Assembly (NCBI GenBank): GCA_910583985.1 | Contig: CAJTYA010000013.1 | Span: 6,655-70,654 of the forward strand | Direction of reading: 5' to 3' | Source: an uncultured Alistipes sp. | GTDB lineage: Bacteria; Bacteroidota; Bacteroidia; Bacteroidales; Rikenellaceae | Length of the DNA stretch: 64,000 nt | Shown: in pieces, positions 1-11,652 of the stretch | Numbering within the stretch: the first letter of the stretch is position 1 | Layout of the letters: each line of letters starts with the position of its first letter | The notes under the pieces: generated by a model | What the model was told of the DNA's origin: nothing | Database searches by the model: none | The model's input: the letters and a program-made list of their open reading frames with translations, nothing else | Translations under genes and position numbers: made by a program

Positions 1-477
1 GAAATAGGCGATCTGGTCCGCCGAGACGGGAACCAGCTTGTCGCGGAACGGGATGAGGAAGTTCTGCGCCCGGACCGCGACGAAACGGTTCGTCCGCTCG
101 ACGTACTCGTCCCTCTCGCCGCCCGAAAAACGCCTGAACTTGTCGAGCGCCCGCTCCAGTTCGTCGCGCTTGATCGGTTTGAGGATATAGTCGATGCTGT
201 TCACCTTGAAAGCATCGAGCGCATACCGGTCGTAAGCCGTCGTAAACACAATGGGGCAGGCGATGTCCGTCTGTTCGAAAATCCGGAAAGCCTGCCCGTC
301 GGCCAGATGGATATCCATGAATATCAGATCGGGCAACGGATGGGAACGGACCCACGCGACGGTCTCGGTCACCGTTTCGAGCACGTCCAGCACGGCCACT
401 TCGGGGTCGATTTCCCGCAACAGTGTCCGGAGGTTCGTCGCTGCGGCCGTTTCGTCTTCTACGATCAATGTTTTCAT
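1..477 (-). CDS. LytTR-family two-component response regulator (3' end beyond window)
   Basis: Translated by hand from the ATG at 477: MKTLIVEDETAAA...PDLIFMDIHLADG...PIVFTTAYDRYALDAFKVNSIDYILKP. This is a receiver domain of LytTR/AlgR type, directly downstream of a LytS-type kinase. Confidence 0.9.
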   Translation of the reverse strand, partial: MKTLIVEDETAAATNLRTLLREIDPEVAVLDVLETVTETVAWVRSHPLPDLIFMDIHLADGQAFRIFEQTDIACPIVFTTAYDRYALDAFKVNSIDYILKPIKRDELERALDKFRRFSGGERDEYVERTNRFVAVRAQNFLIPFRDKLVPVSADQIAYF

Positions 478-607
478 AAGCGTTCAGGTGTTCGTTTTTC
501 CGCTCCGCATCCTGTCGAGAAACCATGCGACGATGACGGGACGATTCTTTCGTATAACCGTTTTGGCCGACAAAGCGCTCCGCGACGGGAACCCCGCGCG
601 GGACGCC

Positions 608-1624
608 TCAGGGTTCGACCAGCGGAAGCTCCACGCGGAACTCCTCGCCGGTATGGACGATCCGCACGTCGCGCGCGAGAAGCAACTGGTAACGCGAAGA
701 GAGATTTTTCAGCCCGATGCCCGTTTTTTCCGGAGCGTCGATCTTCGGAATCGACGGATTGGAAACGATCAACTTTCCGTCCTGTGTCCGCAGCGAAATG
801 CGGAAAGGACGCGTCTGCGTGATGCAGTTATGTTTGACAGCGTTCTCGATCAACGGCTGGAGCGACAGCACCGGCAGTTTCCAGTTCCGATAGCGCTCGT
901 CGATGTCCATATCGAAGAACAGCTTGTTTTCGTAGCGGACCATCAACAGATAGAGGTATGCTTCGGTAAAGGCGAGCTCGCTCGACAGCGCGATGAGCTC
1001 TTCCTGTCCCGAACGGAGCATATAACGGAACGTATCGGCCAGCCGGTCGATATACTCCAGCGCCTTGTCGTTGTTCCTTTCCCGCACCAGCATCGAGAGC
1101 GAGTTGAGCGAATTGAACAGAAAGTGCGGGCTGATCTGGTTGGCCAGCATGTTGTAACGTGTCTGGAGGTTCTCGTTCTTGAGCCGTTCGTTTTCGAGGG
1201 TGATGGACTGTTTCTGATAGAGCAGGTCGAAAATCTTGCCGTACAACACCGACACGATGAGCACGAGCGACCAGCGCGTAATATGGAACGGATTGTATAT
1301 CCGTCCCGTAAACACGGAAGCGTTCCACTCGCCGGAACGGTTGACCACCGGCATGAACAGATAGAACAGCATCGTCACGACGATGCTCAGAGCGATCTTG
1401 CGCGGGAACGTGAACCGGCGGACCGTATTGAGCGAAACGACGACCCACGAGGCGAGAAAGAAGTAGAAAACCTGCACGGCGATGTAATCCGACGACGCCC
1501 CCGGCGGCCGGCGGCCGTGCATCTCGCCCGAATAGAGCAGATGGGGGAAATTGACGATGAGCGTCAGGGCCAGCGCGACCAGCAGGTCGACGATCCGTAT
1601 GCGGTATGTGACGGCGGTTTTCAT
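608..1624 (-). CDS. LytS/YehU-type membrane sensor histidine kinase
   Basis: N-terminal TM segments; NQISPHFLFNSLNSL and LQPLIENAVKH motifs; TGIGLKNL G-box. Confidence 0.92.
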   Translation of the reverse strand: MKTAVTYRIRIVDLLVALALTLIVNFPHLLYSGEMHGRRPPGASSDYIAVQVFYFFLASWVVVSLNTVRRFTFPRKIALSIVVTMLFYLFMPVVNRSGEWNASVFTGRIYNPFHITRWSLVLIVSVLYGKIFDLLYQKQSITLENERLKNENLQTRYNMLANQISPHFLFNSLNSLSMLVRERNNDKALEYIDRLADTFRYMLRSGQEELIALSSELAFTEAYLYLLMVRYENKLFFDMDIDERYRNWKLPVLSLQPLIENAVKHNCITQTRPFRISLRTQDGKLIVSNPSIPKIDAPEKTGIGLKNLSSRYQLLLARDVRIVHTGEEFRVELPLVEP

Positions 1625-1639
1625 CGGGCAGGGGAGCCG

Positions 1640-2155
1640 CTATTCCTTATACCACGACGCGTACATCATGTAATCGCGCGCCGTCCGTTCGATGATGTCG
1701 CGGACCTGTTCGGGCGTCACGTCCTTGACCCTGCGGGCCGGGACGCCGGCATAGACGCTGCCCGGCTCGATGACGGTGCGCGAGAGAACGAGCGAATTGG
1801 CCGCGACGATCGACCCGCTGCCCACGACGGCATGGTCGAGCACCGTCGCCCCCATGCCGATCAGACACCGGTCCTCGATCTTGGCTCCGTGGATGTTGGC
1901 GTTGTGACCCACCGACACGTCATTGCCGATTTCGGTCACCGAACGCTGGTAGAGCGTGTGGATCACCGCCCCGTCCTGAATGTTGACCCGGTCGCCGATA
2001 CGGATCGAATTGACGTCGCCCCGAAGCACGGCACTGAACCAAATGCTGCAATCCCGCCCGATGACCACGTCGCCGATCACCGCGGCGCTCTCCGCCAGAA
2101 AGGTGTTTTCGCCGATCACGGGCGTGATTCCCCTCAACGATTTTATCAAAGCCAT
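1640..2155 (-). CDS. Gamma carbonic anhydrase family (YrdA/CaiE-like) hexapeptide-repeat protein
   Basis: IGDVVIG..SIWFSAVLRGDVNSIRIG..NIQDG..H..VGHNANIHGA motifs. Confidence 0.92.
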   Translation of the reverse strand: MALIKSLRGITPVIGENTFLAESAAVIGDVVIGRDCSIWFSAVLRGDVNSIRIGDRVNIQDGAVIHTLYQRSVTEIGNDVSVGHNANIHGAKIEDRCLIGMGATVLDHAVVGSGSIVAANSLVLSRTVIEPGSVYAGVPARRVKDVTPEQVRDIIERTARDYMMYASWYKE

Positions 2156-2497
2156 AACGATCTGTTTTTTTACGGACGAGGCATCTTCCCGGCGGGAAAA
2201 ACCCCGTCCCCCGTTTTCGCAAATCTACAATTATTCGGCCGAACCGGCCATGCTCCGTGTCCGAAGACCGTCCTTCCTTCCCGGCGGCCCCGCCCAAGAA
2301 AAGCGTGCGAAAAAAGCGATCTTCCGACGATCCGTCCCGAAGCGACGGCATCCGTTCTCCGATGCCCGGCAGGCCCTCCGAAAACGCACCGGCCGCTCGC
2401 ATCGTTCGGGACGCCCGAACGATCCTCCCTCCGAAAACCGGAGTCGTCCCCGGCCCGGCTTTCGCTCCGCGGGTCCGGACAGGCCGGGCGGCACGAT

Positions 2498-3289
2498 CTA
2501 ATCCTCCCGCTCCTGCCGCTTGGCTTCGTCCCAGAGGCGGTCCATCTGCTCCAGCGTCATGTCGCGCAGCGCAAGCCCTTGCTTTTCGGCCTCCTCCTCG
2601 ATGTGGGTGAAGCGGGCGATGAACTTCCGGTTGCAGGCTTCGAGCGCCGCTTCGGGATCGACTCCGTACAGCCGTGCGGCATTGACCAACGCGAAGAACA
2701 GATCGCCGAACTCCTCGGCGGTCCGACGTTCGTCCGACGCGTCGATTTCCCGTTGCAGCTCTCCGATCTCCTCTTTCACCTTACCCCACACGTCCTCGCG
2801 CTTCTGCCAGTCGAAACCGGCCGCAGCGGCCTTTTCGCCGATGCGATAGGCCTTCACTAGAGCGGGAAGGCTGCGGGGGACGCCGGAAAGGACGCGCTTC
2901 TTCTCGTGGTTGGCCGCCTTCTCCTTGAGCTTGATGTCTTCCCAGTTCTGCTTGACCTGCTCGGCATCGGCCGCCGTCGTATCGCCGAACACATGCGGAT
3001 GCCTGAAAATGAGCTTCTCGCAAATTCCGTCGGCCACGTCGGCAATGTCGAAAGCATGCTGTTCGTCGCCTAATTTGGCGTAGAAGACCACGTGCAGCAA
3101 CAGGTCGCCCAACTCCTTGCGGATGTTGTCCATATCGTGGTCGAGCAGCGCGTCGGCCAACTCGTAAGTCTCTTCTATCGTATTCATTCTCAGCGAATCG
3201 AACGTCTGTTTCCGATCCCATGGGCATTTCTCCCTGAGTTCGTCCATCACCCGGAGCAAACGCTCGAACGCCGCCAGTTTTCTATCCAT
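2498..3289 (-). CDS. mazG: Nucleoside triphosphate pyrophosphohydrolase MazG
   Basis: LREKCPWDRKQT, EETYEL, ELGDLLLH, KLIFRHPHVF, second EEFGDLFF domain. Confidence 0.95.
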   Translation of the reverse strand: MDRKLAAFERLLRVMDELREKCPWDRKQTFDSLRMNTIEETYELADALLDHDMDNIRKELGDLLLHVVFYAKLGDEQHAFDIADVADGICEKLIFRHPHVFGDTTAADAEQVKQNWEDIKLKEKAANHEKKRVLSGVPRSLPALVKAYRIGEKAAAAGFDWQKREDVWGKVKEEIGELQREIDASDERRTAEEFGDLFFALVNAARLYGVDPEAALEACNRKFIARFTHIEEEAEKQGLALRDMTLEQMDRLWDEAKRQERED

Positions 3290-3339
3290 CTTCCAAGTTC
3301 GTTAATCGTTCGGTCGAATAAAAATTACGGTAAAAACAT

Positions 3340-3347
3340 TACCTTTG
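3340..3347 (+). promoter_or_regulatory. Bacteroidota -7 promoter box (TACCTTTG) upstream of the namZ cluster
   Basis: Matches the TAnnTTTG consensus in an AT-rich intergenic region about 170 nt before the namZ ATG. Confidence 0.6.
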
Positions 3348-3520
3348 TCCATAAGGTACAAGGTTCGAATCACTGAAATTCGAACGGTCAAATTTAATCA
3401 TTTAAATTTTAAATTCACAGAGGGGACGAAAAGGCGAACGGCCGGAAACGAAGGCCGCCTTGCGGACCGCCCCGCAAGGTTTCGCCCGATTTGTCCCGTA
3501 AAACAAAACGCATATCCGAC

Positions 3521-4684
3521 ATGAACCGATCACTGATTCTATGGCTGCTGTTGCTGCTCTGGAGCGGATGCCTCCGGGCCGAAAGCCCGCTGCGCACGGG
3601 AGCCGAACAGACCGAACGCTACCTTCCGCTGCTCGAAGGCAAAAGGGTGGGCATACTCACCAACCACACCGGCACGGTCGGCCGGACCCATCTGGTCGAC
3701 ACGCTGCTCTCGCTGGGTATCGACATCCGCGTCGTCTTCGCCCCCGAACACGGCTTCAGGGGCGATGCCGACGCAGGAGAAAGCATCGGCAACTACAAGG
3801 ACCGGAAAACCGGCATCGACGTCCTCTCGGTGTACGGCAGCAACAAACGCCCGCAGGATTCGGTCATGCGGAAACTCGACGTGCTGCTCTTCGACATACA
3901 GGACGTCGGCCTGCGTTATTACACCTATCTCTCGTCGATGCACTACCTGATGGAGGCCTGCGCCGACAACGGCAAGGAGCTCATCGTGCTGGACCGGCCC
4001 AATCCGAACGGCTTTTACGTGGACGGTCCCGTGCTGGAGGCCCGCCACCGTTCGTTCGTGGGCATGCACCCGATCCCGGTGGTCCACGGCATGACGCTGG
4101 GCGAACTGGCCCGGATGATCGACGGCGAAGGATGGCTCGGCGAGGGGAGACATTGCTCGCTGCGTGTCGTTCCCTGCGCGAACTACATGCACCGCACCCG
4201 GTACGAACTGCCGGTAAAGCCCTCCCCGAACCTGCCCAACATGCGGGCCGTCTACCTGTATCCTTCGCTCTGCTTCTTCGAAGGCACGCCGGTGAGTCTG
4301 GGACGGGGGACGGATTTTCCGTTCCAAGCCTACGGCCATCCCCGGATGAGCGGCGATTTCGCGTTCACGCCGCACAGCAACGCCGGGGCGAAGAATCCTC
4401 CGCTCAAAGACCAGCTCTGCAAGGGCAGGGACCTCCGGGAGAACCCGTCGAACGAACGGATATGGCAATCGGGTGTCGATCTGGCCTACGTGATCGAAGC
4501 CTACCGGATGCTCGGCATGGGCGAAAAGTTCTTCACCCCGATGTTCGACAAGCTCACCGGAGCGAGCTACGTCCGCGAGATGATTCTCCGAGGCGAAGAC
4601 GCCGATGCGATCCGCGAAAGGTGGCGGAACGACGTGAACGAATTTCTGAAACTGCGCAAGCCCTACCTGCTCTATGAAGAATAA
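3521..4684 (+). CDS. namZ: Exo-beta-N-acetylmuramidase NamZ family (DUF1343/YbbC), signal peptide
   Basis: VGILTNHT, FAPEHGFRG, FDIQDVGLRYYTY, LDRPNPNG, HGMTLGELA, PSPNLP, GRGTDFPF motifs. The ATG at 3521 gives a signal peptide. Confidence 0.9.
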   Translation: MNRSLILWLLLLLWSGCLRAESPLRTGAEQTERYLPLLEGKRVGILTNHTGTVGRTHLVDTLLSLGIDIRVVFAPEHGFRGDADAGESIGNYKDRKTGIDVLSVYGSNKRPQDSVMRKLDVLLFDIQDVGLRYYTYLSSMHYLMEACADNGKELIVLDRPNPNGFYVDGPVLEARHRSFVGMHPIPVVHGMTLGELARMIDGEGWLGEGRHCSLRVVPCANYMHRTRYELPVKPSPNLPNMRAVYLYPSLCFFEGTPVSLGRGTDFPFQAYGHPRMSGDFAFTPHSNAGAKNPPLKDQLCKGRDLRENPSNERIWQSGVDLAYVIEAYRMLGMGEKFFTPMFDKLTGASYVREMILRGEDADAIRERWRNDVNEFLKLRKPYLLYEE

Positions 4685-7154
4685 ACTGCTGCTCGCCCTG
4701 CTGCTCGTCTCGGCCTCCTGTTTCGGCCAAAACCTCGTCCCGCTGCCCGAACGCATCGAAAACCGGGAGGGCACCTTCCTCATCGACGCCATGACGGGCA
4801 TCGTGGCCCCCGGCTTCTCCGGGCTGGACGCCTATCTGAACGACCACATCGAAAGAGCGTGCGGCCTCCGGCTCGGAGCGAACGGCACCCGCCGCATTTC
4901 GCTGGAAAAAGCGGCGGGTCTGCCCGCCGAAGGCTATACGTTAGACATCTCCCCGCTGCAAATCGTCCTCCGGGCGAGCGACCGGGGCGGGGCGTTCTAC
5001 GGTCTGCAAACGCTGCTGCAACTCATGCCGGCCGAAGTGTACGACACGCTCGGAAATGCGACGGCCGAAACGATCGAAGTGCCCTGCTGCCGGATCGAGG
5101 ACTCGCCCCGATTCGCCTATCGCGGCGTCATGCTGGACGTATCGCGCACGTTCTTCGACAAGGAGACCGTCATGCGGTACATCGACTGGATGGCCCGCCA
5201 CAAACTCAACCGGCTGCACTGGCACCTGACCGACGACAACGGCTGGCGCATCGAAATCGAACGGTACCCCGAACTGACCGCCAAAGGCGCATGGCGCGGT
5301 CCCGGCGAAGTGCTTCCTCCGTCCTACGGATCGGGACAAAAGCGGTACGGAGGCTTCTACACGCAGGACGACATCCGGGAGATCGTCCGCTACGCCTCTT
5401 TCCGCAACGTCGAGATCATCCCCGAAATCGACCTGCCCGGACACAGCCAGACCGCGACGTCGGTCTATCCGGAAACCTTTTGCGGAAACGATTCCGACTC
5501 GGAATACGCCCCCGAAGAGATGCGCAACGTGCTGTGCGCGGCACGGGAGGAGAACTTCGACATGCTGCGCGGGATCATCCACGAAATCGCGGCCCTCTTC
5601 CCTTCGGAGTGCATCCACATCGGCGGGGACGAAGTGAGCCTCAAATATTGGAAAAACTGCCCCCGCTGCCGGGCCCTGATGAAAAGCAAGGGCATGAAAT
5701 CGGCCTCCGAACTACAGGACTACTTCATCGGCCGGCTCGAAGAGATCGTGCACGACGAGGGTAAAATCTGCGGAGCGTGGAACGAAGCCATGCAGCACGG
5801 CACGTTGAGCCCCTCGACCGTCGTCTACGGATGGAAAGACACCGACGCGTGCGCACAGGCCGTCCGCAAAGGATACCCGACGGTGATGATGCCTGCTTCG
5901 TACTGCTACATCGACATGAAACAGCATCCGTGGGACCGGGGACACACGTGGGCTTGGCTCGTCGACACGCGCCGCGTGTACGACTTCGATCCGGCCGACA
6001 CGGGCATCGACGCCGAAGGTCTGAAAATGGTGCGGGGCGTGGAGGCGGCCCAGTGGGCCGAACTGCTCGACAGGCCGGAACGGTTCGTCGAATACCAAGG
6101 CTATCCGCGCATCTGCGCGCTAGCCGAACTGGGCTGGACGAAACGCGAACTGCGCCGATGGGAAGACTTTCGCGACCGCCTGAAAAACGGCCACCTCGAC
6201 AGGCTGGGAGCGATGGGCATCCGTTTCCGTACAGACCCGCCGCAGGTACGGTATGCCAAAGGCACGATCACGGTACGGCAGACAACGCCTCTCAGCGAAA
6301 TACGCTACAGTTCGGACATGAACGAACCCACGGCCGACTCGCCGCTCTACCGGGCTCCGATCCGCACCGACCGCCCGGAACGCTATCGGTTCAGGGCATT
6401 CTACCGGGGCGGGATAAGTACGGTCGTCGAACCCGTAGCCGCCTCGCTCGACGTGTCGCTGGCACCCGGAGAACAGAAAACCGTCACGCTGCCGCTCGAC
6501 GAGTACGTCGACCGCGACGGAATATGGCTGCTCTCGCTCACCCAGCGCGGCGACGATGCCACGATCGTGCGGCTGGAAGCGACGGGGCCGGATACGGCAT
6601 ACTGCATCATCCGCAACGGACAAAAGGTCAATCCGTTCAACGACCTGCGCCTCTACGCCGACGAGCGCAACCGCACAGCCGCCCTGAACGTCACGCTCCG
6701 GAACAACGCCGCACGGCCGGACGAGATCACGCTGAACCTGCGTCCCTCGGCCTACATCGAGCCGCCCGTGCGGGTAACGAGCTCGCTGCCCTGCACGAAA
6801 AAATCGCCGATCACCAACAGCTCCGACTATCATTTCGGAACCTACGTGCGCGTACCCTCGCCCTGCAAGGCGGGCGACTACATCCTCTTCACGTTCGACC
6901 GACCGGTGGAATGCGAAGCCATCGACGTCCGCACGGGTATTCCCAATATCACGCGCTATGTCGTTACGAAGGGCAGGGTCGAATACTCCTCCGACGGAAA
7001 AACGTTCGTGCCGGGAGAAACGCTGGACGAAAGCGGATGCGCCGTGCTGCGTCCCGAAGGTCCCGTCAAGGCCGTCCGCATAGCCATCCTCGGCAGCAAC
7101 GGCGAAACGACGGTCTGCTGGCAGGATTTGCGCGTCATACCCCGACTTCGATAG
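4674..7154 (+). CDS. GH20 beta-N-acetylhexosaminidase with C-terminal accessory domains
   Basis: PRFAYRGVMLDVSR, HWHLTDDNGWR, PEIDLPGH and catalytic HIGGDE; signal peptide; overlaps the namZ stop. Confidence 0.92.
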   Translation: MKNKLLLALLLVSASCFGQNLVPLPERIENREGTFLIDAMTGIVAPGFSGLDAYLNDHIERACGLRLGANGTRRISLEKAAGLPAEGYTLDISPLQIVLRASDRGGAFYGLQTLLQLMPAEVYDTLGNATAETIEVPCCRIEDSPRFAYRGVMLDVSRTFFDKETVMRYIDWMARHKLNRLHWHLTDDNGWRIEIERYPELTAKGAWRGPGEVLPPSYGSGQKRYGGFYTQDDIREIVRYASFRNVEIIPEIDLPGHSQTATSVYPETFCGNDSDSEYAPEEMRNVLCAAREENFDMLRGIIHEIAALFPSECIHIGGDEVSLKYWKNCPRCRALMKSKGMKSASELQDYFIGRLEEIVHDEGKICGAWNEAMQHGTLSPSTVVYGWKDTDACAQAVRKGYPTVMMPASYCYIDMKQHPWDRGHTWAWLVDTRRVYDFDPADTGIDAEGLKMVRGVEAAQWAELLDRPERFVEYQGYPRICALAELGWTKRELRRWEDFRDRLKNGHLDRLGAMGIRFRTDPPQVRYAKGTITVRQTTPLSEIRYSSDMNEPTADSPLYRAPIRTDRPERYRFRAFYRGGISTVVEPVAASLDVSLAPGEQKTVTLPLDEYVDRDGIWLLSLTQRGDDATIVRLEATGPDTAYCIIRNGQKVNPFNDLRLYADERNRTAALNVTLRNNAARPDEITLNLRPSAYIEPPVRVTSSLPCTKKSPITNSSDYHFGTYVRVPSPCKAGDYILFTFDRPVECEAIDVRTGIPNITRYVVTKGRVEYSSDGKTFVPGETLDESGCAVLRPEGPVKAVRIAILGSNGETTVCWQDLRVIPRLR

Positions 7155-7240
7155 TACCCGCGGACCTCCTCTTTCGTCGTCCGCCCGGCGACGGGAGAGG
7201 AGGTCCGCAGAATTCAGACATTAAAGGAAACGTTCCCATA

Positions 7241-8575
7241 ATGAAAAAACTGTTGCTCTCCGCTCTGCTGCTCTGCATCTCGTCCGAAGCGCGGTGCGAA
7301 TTTCCCGAAAGGCTTCGCCGGACGCTCGACTCGATGATCTGCGAAAGCCTGCACGAAAAAGCCTTTCCCGGCGCCTCGCTCGCGATAGGCAACCGCGATG
7401 GCATTCTCTATGCCCGGCAGTACGGCACGCACGACTATTCGGGCGGATGCCCCGTCTCCGAAAGAAGCCTTTTCGATCTGGCCTCCTGCACGAAGGTCCT
7501 GTCGGTGACGTTCGTTGCCATGCGGCTTTATGACGAAGGGCGCATCCACGTGCTGGACCCGGTAGGGAAGTACCTGCCCGAACTCTCCGAGACGCCCGTA
7601 GGCGACATCTCGCTGCGCGAACTGCTGACCCACACGTCGGGCCTGCCGCCGCAGGTGCTCTACACTCCTCTGGTACACAATGCCGAGGGCGGACGCATGT
7701 TCAGCAACAAGAAATCCGAAGCCTATCCCTACCGGGTGGGAACCGACTACTACGTGGCGCACCACGTGGCGTTCGACACGCTGCTGCTGTCCCGCACGCC
7801 GCGAATCGGCTGGCGGCAGGGCGCCGACCGGCTGTACGTCAACCCGGCCGTCGACACGTTGCTGCTGCGGCAGATCGTCGGCGCCCACAAGCCCGACCGG
7901 CGGGGTTCCTATTCCTACAGCGACAGCAATTTTTTGTTGCTCAAGATGATTCTGGAAAGAGTGTCCGGACGCTCGCTGGACGCCCTCACGGAGGAACTGT
8001 TCGCCGAATTAGGGTGCAAGAACACCTGCTACAACCCGTTGCAGTGCCATGACAAGGCCGACTGCATGCCCACCGAAACCGATCATATCCTCGACCGGCA
8101 GACGGTGCAGGGCTACGTCCACGACGAACTGGCCGCGCTCATGGGCGGAGTAGGGGGCAATGCGGGGCTTTTCTCCACGGCCGAGGACGTGGCCCGGTTC
8201 TGCCAGATGACGCTCAACGGCGGGCGCCACGCAGACAGGCAGATCGTCTCGTCCAAGACCCTCGACCTGTTCGTTTCCTCGCCCTACGCAAAAGAAAACA
8301 TCTGGCGCGGACTCGGATTCGACAAACGCAACCCCGAAACCGATCCGCTCGGCGGCAGACAATGTTTCGGTCATACGGGCTTCACCGGCACGATCTTCTG
8401 GATCGACGCCGAAGCGGGCGTCTACATGGTTCTGCTCACCAATGCCGTCCACCCCACGCGACTCAACAACAAGCTCTCGTCCTCGCGCCTGAGAACCCGC
8501 ATCTGGGAAACGCTCAAACCGTACTATCCGGCTCTGGCCTCCCGCGGTTCCTCGGAGCGGGAGAGCTGCGACTGA
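7241..8575 (+). CDS. Serine hydrolase, beta-lactamase/AmiE-like family (putative N-acetylmuramyl-peptide amidase)
   Basis: FDLASCTKV (SxxK), LLTHTSG, YSYSDSNF, VHDE..GGVGGNAGLFS, FGHTGFTGT. Likely start MKKLLLS at 7241 inside ORF 5777..8575. Confidence 0.82.
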   Translation: MKKLLLSALLLCISSEARCEFPERLRRTLDSMICESLHEKAFPGASLAIGNRDGILYARQYGTHDYSGGCPVSERSLFDLASCTKVLSVTFVAMRLYDEGRIHVLDPVGKYLPELSETPVGDISLRELLTHTSGLPPQVLYTPLVHNAEGGRMFSNKKSEAYPYRVGTDYYVAHHVAFDTLLLSRTPRIGWRQGADRLYVNPAVDTLLLRQIVGAHKPDRRGSYSYSDSNFLLLKMILERVSGRSLDALTEELFAELGCKNTCYNPLQCHDKADCMPTETDHILDRQTVQGYVHDELAALMGGVGGNAGLFSTAEDVARFCQMTLNGGRHADRQIVSSKTLDLFVSSPYAKENIWRGLGFDKRNPETDPLGGRQCFGHTGFTGTIFWIDAEAGVYMVLLTNAVHPTRLNNKLSSSRLRTRIWETLKPYYPALASRGSSERESCD

Positions 8576-8855
8576 TCCTTTCCAAAAGGAGTGTCCCCAA
8601 AAAGCGGAACGATACAATAAAGCATAAATCGCACGGAAACATCGCTTTATCCGTATTGCCGCAGAGGGAAAACAGCGGTCATACCGCATCAAAAGGCATC
8701 GTTCGGAACAACGCATCGGCGAGGGGGATGCGTATGCGACCGCAGAAAAGGTCGAGAACGCACGGTTCGGGGCGGTTACCGATTTATCGCAGACTTCCGA
8801 CGAATATCCGAAAGAATCCCGCATAAAAAGAAACGGCAGCCTCCCCGCAAGGCCG

Positions 8856-8898
8856 ATACGCAAAGGGCGTCCGGATCGACCGGACGCCCTTTGCGTAT
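8856..8898. terminator. Perfect 19-bp inverted repeat between convergent serine hydrolase and rho (probable terminator)
   Basis: ATACGCAAAGGGCGTCCGG-ATCGA-CCGGACGCCCTTTGCGTAT, 34 nt past the rho stop. Confidence 0.7.
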
Positions 8899-8932
8899 TT
8901 CGTCGGAACCCGGACACCGGTCCGGCCTTTCG

Positions 8933-10696
<1,764 letters not shown>

Positions 10697-10802
10697 ATCG
10701 TGTTCTTTATGCTGTGATTTTTGCCGTATCCGGACGGATACTTCAGATCGGTGACTCTCTGCAAAAGTAACCGTTTTTCCCGAAACAGCAAAATCGCTGC
10801 CA

Positions 10803-11561
10803 TTATTTCAATCTCCCGCGCGCAAAAGCGACGGCCGCCTCCAGATCCTCCGGCGTGTCGATGGCCAGACTCTCGGAGCGGGTCTCCGCCACACGGATGC
10901 GGAAGCCGTTCTCCAGCCAGCGGAGCTGTTCGAGCGACTCGCACTTTTCGAGCGTGCCCTGCGGCAGTTCGGTGATGCGGCGAAGCACCTCGCTGCGGTA
11001 GGCGTACAGGCCGATGTGTTTGAGAAAAGGGTAGGCCCCCTGCCACTTTCCGGGCTCCGTACCGCGGAGATAGGGGATCGCCGAACGACTGAAATACAGC
11101 GCATAGCCGTCGGCCGAAAGCACCACCTTCGGAGAATTGGGATTGAAAATGTCCTCGCCGGGACCGAACGGCTTGACCAGCGTGGCGATGTCCGTGTCCG
11201 GATCGTCGAAACATCCCGCGATGAGCTTCAGCTGCTCCTCGGCGATAAAGGGCTCGTCGCCCTGAATGTTGACCACCGCATCGAAGCGCTCGCCGGTCTG
11301 GGCCTCGACCTTGTCGAGCGCTTCGCGGCAACGGTCCGTGCCGCTGCGATGTTCCGCAGAGGTCATTACGACCGCTCCGCCGAAACCGCGCACGGCCGCC
11401 TCGATGCGCGCATCGTCCGTGGCCACGAAACAACGGTCGAACGCCTCGGCGCCCTTTTCGTAAACGTACCGGATCATCGGTTTGCCCAGAATATCGGCCA
11501 GCGGCTTGCCGGGGAAACGCGTGGATGCGTACCGGGCCGGAATAAGTGCAAGAAATTTCAT
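10803..11561 (-). CDS. kdsB: 3-deoxy-manno-octulosonate cytidylyltransferase
   Basis: [52 protein letters not shown]. Confidence 0.96.
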   Translation of the reverse strand: MKFLALIPARYASTRFPGKPLADILGKPMIRYVYEKGAEAFDRCFVATDDARIEAAVRGFGGAVVMTSAEHRSGTDRCREALDKVEAQTGERFDAVVNIQGDEPFIAEEQLKLIAGCFDDPDTDIATLVKPFGPGEDIFNPNSPKVVLSADGYALYFSRSAIPYLRGTEPGKWQGAYPFLKHIGLYAYRSEVLRRITELPQGTLEKCESLEQLRWLENGFRIRVAETRSESLAIDTPEDLEAAVAFARGRLK

Positions 11562-11652
11562 CGTCATTCGTAAAAGTTCGAACGTCCGGACGACGTGTCC
11601 GTCCGCAAAAAGCGATACAAAGATAACTTTTTTGTAGCTTTGCTCTCCGGAC

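Noticed and set aside
251..2860. Long plus-strand ORF (869 aa) and similar long ORFs such as 22799..25249, 25654..28437, 32266..34758 and 47164..49245
   Set aside because: These are antisense shadows of recognisable genes in high-GC DNA, with biased composition and no family motifs.
7241..8575. Beta-lactam resistance gene
   Set aside because: It has the SxxK fold, but the VHDE/GGNAGLFS/GHTGFTG motifs and the namZ context fit AmiE-like serine hydrolases better.
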